Assembly (NCBI GenBank): GCA_016285075.1
Contig: JAEEQB010000007.1
Span: forward strand, 14,302-78,301
DNA length: 64,000 nt
Origin: Prevotella sp.
GTDB lineage: Bacteria; Bacteroidota; Bacteroidia; Bacteroidales; Bacteroidaceae
Reading direction: 5' to 3'
A program made the position numbers and the translations under genes. Positions 1 to 7,725 of this stretch are shown one piece after another. The notes beneath the pieces are model-generated. The model searched no databases and was not told the DNA's origin. It saw nothing but the letters and a program-made list of their open reading frames with translations. Numbering within the stretch: position 1 is the stretch's first letter; each line of letters begins with the position of its first letter.

Positions 1-2
1 TG

Positions 3-1430
3 GAACGTGCCGTGCAGATGGTGCAGCAGGAGGGTGGCATGACCTTCGAACCCGGCAACCGCCACAACTTCGTGATGCGCGTCTCGTTCATCCTCAACCG
101 CATGGGTGTGGACAAGGACGAGGCCGCCAAGGCGCTCGACGACATGTACCTGGGCAAGATGGACGGCAAGCCCTCGGACGTACTCAGAAGCTGCTACAAG
201 AGGGCTGCCGACGAGTTTGGCGTGTGGATGCCCAGGCAGTCGGCGCTGAAGACCGAGACCATTGCAGCCTTCCTCGCCAAGAAGAACCTGCAGTACGACC
301 TGCTTACCCAGAAGACCCGCCAGCTGATGGGCGACGGCCAGTGGCACGAGCTGAAGGAACGCGACGAGAACGACCTCTACATAGAGTGCTGCGCCGAGTC
401 GGAAATGAACATCACCGACAGGCTGTTCCAGAAGGTGCTCAACTCGAGCACCGTGCCCGAGGTGAACCCGCTCAAGGACTACGTGCAGTCGCGGGCACCG
501 TGGAACCCCGGGATGCCCGACTACATAGGCCAGGCAGCCCGGATGGTCCACATGGCCACCGACGCCGAGCAGCAGCTGTGGCAGCGGTGCTTCCTCAAGT
601 GGTTCGTGGCCATGGTGGCCGGATGGGTCGACAGCAACATCGTCAACCACCAGGTCATTGTGCTCATAGGCCGCCAGGGCATCTACAAGTCCACATGGAT
701 CAACCGTCTCTTGCCGCAAGAGCTGTCGGCCTACATCACCGACAACATCGACATCGACCGGCTGGACAAGGACGAAGAGCTCAGGGCGTCGGAATATGCA
801 GTCATCAACATCGACGAGCTCGACAAACTGAACGACCGCCAGCTGAACAAGCTCAAGTCGATGATCACCAAGACCCACACCGACCTGCGTGTGCCCTATG
901 GACGCCACAAGGAGAAGCGCGTGCGTGTGGCCAGCTACGCCGCCAGCGGCAACAAGGAGGAGTTCCTGACCGACCAGACCGGCAACCGCCGCTGGCTGCC
1001 CTTCCACGTCATCAGCATCGACTCGCCCTTCACCCACACCATGCCCTACGACGGCATGTATGCCCAGGCCTACCATCTGTTGAAGAACGGGTTCAACTAC
1101 TGGTTCGACACTGCCGACACCGACGCCATGGAGCAGCACGTCACAGAGTTCATGATACCCACCAGCGAGGAACAGCTCATACCCCTCTACTACTCGCCCG
1201 CCAGCGACAGTGAACCGGGTGCCAAGTTCCTCACCCTGGCCGAAATCTCAGCCAAGATCACCGGTGCTGGCAACCTGAAGAAAAACCCCGACCCGCGCCG
1301 CTTGGGCGCCATCATGACCAAGCTGGGGTTCGTCAAGGAGCGCAAAGGACATGACAACCGGCGTGGTTACTGGGTACGCGAACATTTACAGATTGAAATA
1401 GAGCAGATGCGCAGTCCTGACATCTTCTGA
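3..1430 (+). CDS. VapE/VirE-family P-loop primase-helicase-like protein of integrated mobile elements (5' end probably outside the window)
   Basis: The reading frame is open to the window edge. It has a Walker A-like LIGRQGIYKST, a Walker B-like INIDELDK and a TGNRRWLPF motif characteristic of the VirE/VapE family. Confidence 0.75.
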   Translation, partial: ERAVQMVQQEGGMTFEPGNRHNFVMRVSFILNRMGVDKDEAAKALDDMYLGKMDGKPSDVLRSCYKRAADEFGVWMPRQSALKTETIAAFLAKKNLQYDLLTQKTRQLMGDGQWHELKERDENDLYIECCAESEMNITDRLFQKVLNSSTVPEVNPLKDYVQSRAPWNPGMPDYIGQAARMVHMATDAEQQLWQRCFLKWFVAMVAGWVDSNIVNHQVIVLIGRQGIYKSTWINRLLPQELSAYITDNIDIDRLDKDEELRASEYAVINIDELDKLNDRQLNKLKSMITKTHTDLRVPYGRHKEKRVRVASYAASGNKEEFLTDQTGNRRWLPFHVISIDSPFTHTMPYDGMYAQAYHLLKNGFNYWFDTADTDAMEQHVTEFMIPTSEEQLIPLYYSPASDSEPGAKFLTLAEISAKITGAGNLKKNPDPRRLGAIMTKLGFVKERKGHDNRRGYWVREHLQIEIEQMRSPDIF

Positions 1431-1552
1431 TGCGACCGTTGCGACCGACCATTCTATAGATTTATTAAAAAATGGATATGTATATAAACATACTACATTC
1501 CTTTTTTTAATAAATCTATGAAAACAACGGTCGCAACGGTCGCATGGTCGCA
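1431..1552. repeat. Compound imperfect palindrome with GCGACCG repeats, starting directly after the VapE stop codon
   Basis: Outer arms tgcgaccgttgcgaccg (1431-1447) and cggtcgcaacggtcgca (1528-1544) are exact reverse complements. Inner arms atagatttattaaaaaa (1456-1472) and ttttttaataaatctat (1503-1519) are also exact reverse complements. The centre is AT-rich, and an extra tggtcgca follows at 1545-1552. Confidence 0.8.
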
Positions 1553-1581
1553 TTTTGTGGAACGAGGAAACTCCCCACCCC

Positions 1582-1664
1582 GATAGTATCATACTAAAGT
1601 GCTGATAGTATGATACTAAAGGGCCGATAGTATCATACTAAACACCCTTTAGTATCATACTATC
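1582..1664. repeat. Iteron-like array A: three direct units and one inverted unit of GATAGTATSATACTAAAG at 22-bp phasing
   Basis: Direct units start at 1582, 1604 and 1626. An inverted unit TTTAGTATCATACTATC sits at 1648-1664. The core AGTATSATACT is a near-palindrome. Confidence 0.9.
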
Positions 1665-1820
1665 GTCACTTTACAAACACCTTTTGTCCGTTGACTATGT
1701 TCAAGTTGTTGCTCGTTGTATTCGCCATAAATCGATTGCATCGCCGATGCATCAGCGTCGCCTGCCCGTAGGGGATGTCAAGGGACAGGTCAGTGACATC
1801 TCGTTGAAAACAGATAAGCA

Positions 1821-1883
1821 GAATCAGGGGGACAGGTTTTTGAATCGTTAATTCTCAGATTCAAAAACCTGTCCCCGTGATTC
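1821..1883. repeat. Long hairpin-forming inverted repeat (19-bp perfect stem plus 6-bp extension)
   Basis: ggggacaggtttttgaatc (1828-1846) is the exact reverse complement of gattcaaaaacctgtcccc (1858-1876). The flanking gaatca (1821-1826) pairs with tgattc (1878-1883). Confidence 0.85.
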
Positions 1884-2200
1884 CGTTACTTCCATGTCTT
1901 GTTAAGTTTTTGTGATTTGTGGGCAAAGGTACATCATGATTCCCAGATAAGCTCATTCTGAAAAAATCTTATTGTGAAATAACACTTCAGGGAAACAAAA
2001 GCCTGATATCTGTCGAGCTTGCTCATCAGAAAGCAGACAAGCATCTTTTTGTGGCATTTCACAGAAAAGTGCGTATTAGGCAACACCCTTCTATGGCATT
2101 GCAAGCAAAAATCTGTGCAGAATATTCCCATATCAAGAGAAAAGGCCACTCTTTTTCTTAATTTATGTTCACAAATTATCCTATTCTCGACATTTTTGAT

Positions 2201-2208
2201 TATATTTG
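2201..2208 (+). promoter_or_regulatory. Bacteroidota -7 promoter box TATATTTG upstream of the HTH-protease-LRR/exonuclease operon
   Basis: It matches the TAnnTTTG consensus and lies about 44 nt upstream of the ATG at 2252. Confidence 0.5.
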
Positions 2209-2251
2209 CGCACAGAACGCTCAATGTTGGGCAAGAATAACTAAAAGCAAT

Positions 2252-2458
2252 ATGGAGATACAACGCTATAACAGACTAAAGATAGTATTGGCCGAGAAAG
2301 AAAGAACTGGCACATGGCTCTCAGAGCAAATGGGTCACAGCATCAGTACTGTTTCACGCTGGATGACCAATAAGGTGCAACCATCAGTGGAACAGCTCTA
2401 CGAGATTGCACGCCACCTTGACGTGGATGTCAAAGAACTATTGATTTCATCAAAATAA
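2252..2458 (+). CDS. XRE-family helix-turn-helix transcriptional regulator (68 aa)
   Basis: The pattern LKIVLAEKERTGTWLSEQMGHSISTVSRWMTNKVQPSVEQLYEIARHLDVDVKELL is typical of HTH_3/XRE. The start was moved to the internal ATG, downstream of the promoter box. Confidence 0.8.
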   Translation: MEIQRYNRLKIVLAEKERTGTWLSEQMGHSISTVSRWMTNKVQPSVEQLYEIARHLDVDVKELLISSK

Positions 2459-2488
2459 AGCTTCTTTTATGAACATCTAAATACATAA

Positions 2489-3151
2489 ATGAAGATGATT
2501 ATGGAAACGTCATTGAATACTAATATTTTGGAATATATTGTTCCGATTCGTTTTCGTTCAAAGCTGCTTGGCACAGGAATAATACACAAGTCTTTATTAA
2601 TTACAGCAGCACATGTGGTTGAAGAACTTGAAAAAGAAAAAATAGAATTCTCTTTCGTGTATCATCACCAACATTTTGCCATGAACTGGAATTGCAAATT
2701 ATTTTACGAGTATGATAAAGAAAAAAAGAGAATTTATAAGGATTTGGCAATATTCAAAACTAATATAATATCAGGAGGTTTGCCGATAGAACCTGAGAAT
2801 AATTATGATGAAGCCAAGGCTTTATTGTGTGGTTATAACGATGAAAATAACGATATTACACTCAATATTAGTGAAGGTAATATCAGATTAAAGCCTTTCA
2901 ATGATGGAAGGACTTGCATCGCTATGAACAAAAACACCCTATTGCTAATGAATGTTCAGCCTCTTTTTATTTGTAATAGTGGGGGACCATTAATAAGTGC
3001 TGACAATAGTGCTATAGGCATATTGTCAGCAGGAAATATAGATATTCATTTTGCTCGATTTATTTCATCAAGTCACATATTGGAAGTTTTTTCTAAAGAT
3101 GATTGTTGCAGAGAAGCACTAATAGAATACGAGAAATCACGATTTTTGTAA
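2489..3151 (+). CDS. Cytoplasmic trypsin-fold (S1/Trypsin_2-like) serine protease
   Basis: The catalytic triad context is ITAAH(42)VV, YKD(85)LAIF and CNS(164)GGPL. No signal peptide or lipobox is visible, and the start is 30 nt after the HTH gene. Confidence 0.7.
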   Translation: MKMIMETSLNTNILEYIVPIRFRSKLLGTGIIHKSLLITAAHVVEELEKEKIEFSFVYHHQHFAMNWNCKLFYEYDKEKKRIYKDLAIFKTNIISGGLPIEPENNYDEAKALLCGYNDENNDITLNISEGNIRLKPFNDGRTCIAMNKNTLLLMNVQPLFICNSGGPLISADNSAIGILSAGNIDIHFARFISSSHILEVFSKDDCCREALIEYEKSRFL

Positions 3152-3184
3152 TAAGTTCATCATTATCAACATAATCAAATAATT

Positions 3185-5764
3185 ATGTCCACGCTAAAAA
3201 TTCTATCTGATACGCATTGTATGGTTAGATGCGACTTTCAAGAAGTTGGCAACATACAGGCTGGAGAGCTTTATAAACTCCAACTCAAAAGGGGATGCTA
3301 TATATTAGAATTCCTTGTTGAAGATATTGTCATTTGTTCAATGGATTATACTATAGAAACAAATGATGAAGAGCCCCTTCTTCGATTGAATATAAAGGAG
3401 CAGGCAGAAAAGAAGATAATGGAGCGTAAGTTCGCTTCTGTTTTTTCAGAAGACGGACGCTCTATTTTGGGGTGTAACAAATGTTTTGAAGGTGTATTTA
3501 TTGTGCCAGAAGGTATTGAACGCATTGAAAGGTACGCATTCAGCGAATGTGAATTTACTTCTGTAAATATTCCTAATAGTGTGAAGAGCATAGGAGATTA
3601 TGCTTTTATACATTGCCACGGCCTGACTTTGCTAACAATCCCCAACAGCGTGACATCAATTGGAGAAGGTGCTTTTCTGCATTGCAGCGGCCTGACTTCA
3701 CTGACAATTCCCAACAGCGTGAAATCAATTGGAGAAGATGTTTTCTCCCACTGCTCTGGCCTTACTTCCATTACTATACCCAACAGTGTTACGAGTATAG
3801 GCACTTGCGCTTTCGTTGGCTGCTCTGGCCTTACTTCCATTACTATACCCAACAGTGTGACGAGTATCGGCGCTTATGCTTTCAGTGGCTGCGACGGTCT
3901 GACTTCCGTTCACATTTCAGACATAGCAGTTTGGTGTAAAATTGATTTTTGTGAGTTGTATTCAAATCCTCTAGAAATTGCCCATCATCTTTTCCTAAAT
4001 GGAGAAGAGATAAAGGATTTGGTGATTCCCAACAACGTGACATCAATTGAAGGAGAAGTTTTCTCCGGCTGCTCTGGCCTTACTTCCATTATTATACCCA
4101 ACAGCGTGACATCAATTGGAGAGGGTACTTTCTCCCACTGTTCTGGTCTTACCTCCGTCACCATCCCCAACAGCGTTACATCAATAGGAGCATGTGCTTT
4201 CTATTATTGCTCTGGCCTTACTTCCATTACTATACCCAACAGTGTGACGAGTATCGGTCTTAGGGCTTTCGAAGGCTGTTCTGGTCTTACCTCCGTCACC
4301 ATCCCCAACAGCCTGACATCAATAGGAGAAGAAGCTTTCTGCTGCTGCTCTGGCCTGACATCCATTGTTGTTGAAGAAGGGAATACCAAATACGATTCTC
4401 GCAATATCTGTAATGCTATTATTGAGTCATCATCCAACACATTAATAGCTGGATGTAAAAACACCACAATACCCAACAGCGTAACAGCCATCGGTAGTTA
4501 TGCTTTCTTGCGTTGCAGCGGCCTGACTTCGGTGACAATCCCCAACAGCGTAACATCAATTGGAAAAGGTGCTTTTAAGTATTGCAGCGGCCTGACTTCG
4601 GTGACAATCCCCAATAGCGTGACATCAATTGAAGAATATGCTTTCTCCGGCTGCTCTGGCCTTACTTCCATTACTATACCCAACAGCGTGACATCAATAG
4701 GAGCATGGGCTTTCTCCGGCTGCTATGGCCTTACTTCCATTACTATACCCAACAGCTTGACATTAATAGGAGCATGGGCTTTCAACGGCTGCCACGGCCT
4801 GACTTCGGTGACAATCCCCAACAGCGTGACATCAATAGGAACATGTGCTTTCAGGGGTTGCAGTGGCCTGACTTCGGTGACAATCCCCAACAGCGTGAGA
4901 AGCATAGAAGTAGGCGCTTTCTCCCTCTGCTCTGGCCTTACTTCCATTACTATACCCAACAGCGTGACATCAATTGAAGGAGAAGCTTTCGATGGCTGTC
5001 CTGGCCTTACTTCCATTACTATACCCAACAGCGTGACATTAATAGGAAAAAGAGTTTTCTTGGAATGCGTCAATTTAAAGGAAATTATTATTCCCAAAGG
5101 AACAAGAAAGAAATTTGAAGATATGTTGCCAGACCAAAAAGACAAACTTGTGGAATATGAACAACTGACAATAAAAAGAACAAAAGATAATAAAACGTTT
5201 TTCTTTTTTGACACAGAAACAACAGGTGTTCCATTGAATTACAAAGCGCCAAGCTCAGACACAAATAATTGGCCAAGACTTGTTCAGCTGGCTTGGATTC
5301 TAACTGACCAGGAAGGTAATAGGATTCATACGGGCAACTTAATTGTAAAGCCAGAAGGTTTTATAATTCCTACTGATGCGACAAGAGTTCATGGTATCAC
5401 CACGCAGAGGGCAAATGAAGAGGGTGTTCCATTAACCGAGGCAATAGAACAGTTCAAAGCAGACTTGGATTTGGCAACCTATATTGTTGGCCATAACGTA
5501 GACTTCGACAAGAAGATTGTGGGGGCTGAGATGATTCGCCTTGGCATGAAGGACGAACTAGAAAAGAAGAAAAGCTATTGCACAATGCTATCGTCCATAG
5601 ATTTTTGTAAGATTCCTGGCAAGTATGGTTATAAGTATCCCAAACTACAAGAGTTGTATAAGAAACTTTTCGGCAATGAATTTGACGATGCCCATAATGC
5701 TATGAGTGATATCGAGGCAACAGAGCAATGCTTTTGGGAATTAAGAAAACGTAAACTGATCTAA
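3185..5764 (+). CDS. Fusion protein: N-terminal small beta-rich domain, about 20 BspA-type leucine-rich repeats (LRR_5), and a C-terminal DEDDh 3'-5' exonuclease (DnaQ-like)
   Basis: The 23-aa repeat IPNSVTSIGxxAFxxCSGLTSxT occurs about 20 times. Exo I is FFFFD(676)TE(678)TTG, Exo II is GHNVDFD(775) and Exo III is H(837)NAMSD(842). There is no signal peptide and no T9SS C-terminal domain. Confidence 0.85.
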   Translation: MSTLKILSDTHCMVRCDFQEVGNIQAGELYKLQLKRGCYILEFLVEDIVICSMDYTIETNDEEPLLRLNIKEQAEKKIMERKFASVFSEDGRSILGCNKCFEGVFIVPEGIERIERYAFSECEFTSVNIPNSVKSIGDYAFIHCHGLTLLTIPNSVTSIGEGAFLHCSGLTSLTIPNSVKSIGEDVFSHCSGLTSITIPNSVTSIGTCAFVGCSGLTSITIPNSVTSIGAYAFSGCDGLTSVHISDIAVWCKIDFCELYSNPLEIAHHLFLNGEEIKDLVIPNNVTSIEGEVFSGCSGLTSIIIPNSVTSIGEGTFSHCSGLTSVTIPNSVTSIGACAFYYCSGLTSITIPNSVTSIGLRAFEGCSGLTSVTIPNSLTSIGEEAFCCCSGLTSIVVEEGNTKYDSRNICNAIIESSSNTLIAGCKNTTIPNSVTAIGSYAFLRCSGLTSVTIPNSVTSIGKGAFKYCSGLTSVTIPNSVTSIEEYAFSGCSGLTSITIPNSVTSIGAWAFSGCYGLTSITIPNSLTLIGAWAFNGCHGLTSVTIPNSVTSIGTCAFRGCSGLTSVTIPNSVRSIEVGAFSLCSGLTSITIPNSVTSIEGEAFDGCPGLTSITIPNSVTLIGKRVFLECVNLKEIIIPKGTRKKFEDMLPDQKDKLVEYEQLTIKRTKDNKTFFFFDTETTGVPLNYKAPSSDTNNWPRLVQLAWILTDQEGNRIHTGNLIVKPEGFIIPTDATRVHGITTQRANEEGVPLTEAIEQFKADLDLATYIVGHNVDFDKKIVGAEMIRLGMKDELEKKKSYCTMLSSIDFCKIPGKYGYKYPKLQELYKKLFGNEFDDAHNAMSDIEATEQCFWELRKRKLI

Positions 5765-5873
5765 AAATGTCAAAGACTATAGGCATCAAGGAATTATGGG
5801 GAAAGGTTATTGATTCCCTAAAGGTGCTATAGCGAAATAACGAAATAATTGATTAATTTTGCCGGCAATTAAT

Positions 5874-6998
5874 ATGGAACAGAAACAAATAACAGCGACG
5901 TATGATGAGGCAGTAAGCGCGATAAAAGAGGCGATATTGGAAAGTCGCTATCGTGCAGCACGGTTGGTGAATAAGGAAGTGCTGGCTCTTTACTATGCTA
6001 TTGGTGGGTATATTTCCGTTCAAAGCAGAGCTGCAAGATGGGGTAGCAATGCTATTGGCACTATCTCAGAATTGCTGCAACAGGAATTGCCTGGGTTAAG
6101 AGGTTTTTCTGAGACAAGCATCAAACGTATGCGTATCTTCTACGAGGCATGGTGCAGCATGTTCGAGAATCGTCCATTGTCAGCGGACGATTTGCAAAAC
6201 AGCATCATTCCAGTAGGCGACAAAGGACATATTGAAATTCGTCCATTGACAACGGACGAATTACCTCCAGAGACATTAGATGCCTTTCTTGCCGTTGGAT
6301 TTACGAACCATTATGAGATACTGGCCCAAAAGAAGGATGTAGAGCAACGATTGTTCTATATCGTGAATTGTGCCACTGGATTTTGGAATGGCGACAAGTT
6401 GAAATATTATATGAAGGACGATTTGTTTGGAAAGCGTGGCAAGATGCCTAATAACTTTGCAACAACAATTGAAAATGTAGATTTGCGTAGTAAGGCATTA
6501 CGCTCGTTCAAGGACGAATATCTGCTCGACTTTGTGAACATTGAAGATCCTGACGAGACAGATGAGCGTGTGATAGAGCAACAGATTGTTCACAATATCA
6601 AGAACTTCATCATGGCATTGGGTAGTGATTTCTCGTTTATGGGTAATCAGTATCGTCTTGTTGTATCCGAAAAAGAGTATTTCATAGATTTACTGTTCTT
6701 CAATCGCCGCCTTCAGGCACTAATCGCGATCGAATTAAAGCGGGGTGAGTTCAAGCCAGAGTATGCAGGGAAGTTGAATTTCTATCTTTCAGCACTTGAC
6801 GAGTATGTGAAACTGCCTCATGAGAATCCTTCCATCGGAATTATTCTCTGCAAGGACAGAGATTCAAAAACGGTGGAGTTCGCATTCCGAGACATCAACA
6901 AGCCAATGGGTGTAGCAACCTATCGCACATCTTCAGAGTTACCCAAGGAATACCAAGGTATACTTCCTGAACCAGAGGAGTTGAGAAAACTCATGTGA
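5874..6998 (+). CDS. DUF1016/YhcG-family PD-(D/E)XK nuclease-like protein
   Basis: The N-terminal region NKEVLALYYAIGGYI...GFSETSIKRMRIFY and the C-terminal core IDLLFFNRRLQALIAIELKRGEFKPEYAGKLNFYLSALDE...PSIGIILC match the family pattern. Confidence 0.75.
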   Translation: MEQKQITATYDEAVSAIKEAILESRYRAARLVNKEVLALYYAIGGYISVQSRAARWGSNAIGTISELLQQELPGLRGFSETSIKRMRIFYEAWCSMFENRPLSADDLQNSIIPVGDKGHIEIRPLTTDELPPETLDAFLAVGFTNHYEILAQKKDVEQRLFYIVNCATGFWNGDKLKYYMKDDLFGKRGKMPNNFATTIENVDLRSKALRSFKDEYLLDFVNIEDPDETDERVIEQQIVHNIKNFIMALGSDFSFMGNQYRLVVSEKEYFIDLLFFNRRLQALIAIELKRGEFKPEYAGKLNFYLSALDEYVKLPHENPSIGIILCKDRDSKTVEFAFRDINKPMGVATYRTSSELPKEYQGILPEPEELRKLM

Positions 6999-7241
6999 GT
7001 GTACCCAATGTATGCGATACGGCACAGATATTGGGTAATAGGACATAGCCTAATACGCACCTTTCTGGCAAGTGCCACAAAAGGTGCCGCAGTTAGTTCA
7101 AGAGCGTTGAGCAAGCTCAGAACAAAAAGATGTGAATAGATTTGATTCATTCAAAAAGAATGATTACCTTTGAGACGATGTCTCGAAGTTACTCACGTTC
7201 GAAAATACTCAAATAAATTTGGTATTTTGCTCACTTATTCG

Positions 7242-7249
7242 TAACTTTG
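7242..7249 (+). promoter_or_regulatory. TAACTTTG -7 box with an upstream TTTG (7218-7221); orphan promoter with no convincing downstream ORF
   Basis: It matches the consensus. The string cgtaactttgcacccga (7240-7256) is identical to 30894-30910. Confidence 0.45.
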
Positions 7250-7295
7250 CACCCGATGATGAGTCATAAAACGGCTGATGGCTCATTATCGGGTG
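7250..7295. repeat. 46-nt near-perfect inverted repeat overlapping the predicted transcription start of the orphan promoter
   Basis: cacccgatgatgagtcat (7250-7267) pairs with atggctcattatcgggtg (7278-7295) over 18 positions, including two G-T pairs. A T-rich tract follows. Confidence 0.75.
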
Positions 7296-7717
7296 TTCTT
7301 TCTTGCGTCCCGTTGGTAGCAAGCGAGCATAGCTCGAGCGGATGCAGTTTATAGCAGAATGTGGAATTGAGAACGGTCTCCAATTCGTAACCCCATTTTC
7401 CTTCAATTCCCCAGACTGCCTTTATACAAAGAAAAGCTGAGAAATCTTCCAAAATTACGAAAAAAATCCTTTCCCCCAAATATTTCTCATTGTTAGCTGC
7501 ATTTTATTTGGTTATTCAACTTTCTCAAGTGCGCCCTGAAGGGGCAGCAGCTGTAAGGGTAAGCTTTTAGTTGCTAAAGTTTCCCACCCTTATAACAGCT
7601 TTGTTCAAGACGCTTCCAGCGTCGGTGGATGAAATGCTTTCATTGGGGTGGGGGAACTTAAGTAGATAAAAATTAAAAAAAGTCTTTTTTTTATTTTGTA
7701 TTGTTCTCACTTATTAG

Positions 7718-7725
7718 TACCTTTG
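7718..7725 (+). promoter_or_regulatory. TACCTTTG -7 box for the lipoprotein gene at 7800
   Basis: It matches the TAnnTTTG consensus and lies about 75 nt upstream of the ATG. Confidence 0.5.

Noticed and set aside
224-1213. A 329-aa ORF in an alternative frame inside the VapE gene.
   Set aside because: It lies completely within a motif-bearing ORF. Its Arg/Pro/His/Ala-rich composition is typical of an off-frame read of GC-rich coding DNA.
3346-5276. Many 60-160-aa ORFs on both strands within the LRR region, with repeated LLGIVMEVRPEQ or WPYFHYYTQQ strings.
   Set aside because: They are periodic artefacts of reading the 69-nt LRR cassette in other frames or on the other strand. The plus-strand LRR frame is continuous and continues into the exonuclease domain.
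7209-7479. Minus-strand ORFs of 65 aa and 71 aa in the 7.2-7.5 kb gap.
   Set aside because: They overlap the plus-strand promoter and inverted repeat and have no recognisable features. The region is better described as structured non-coding DNA.
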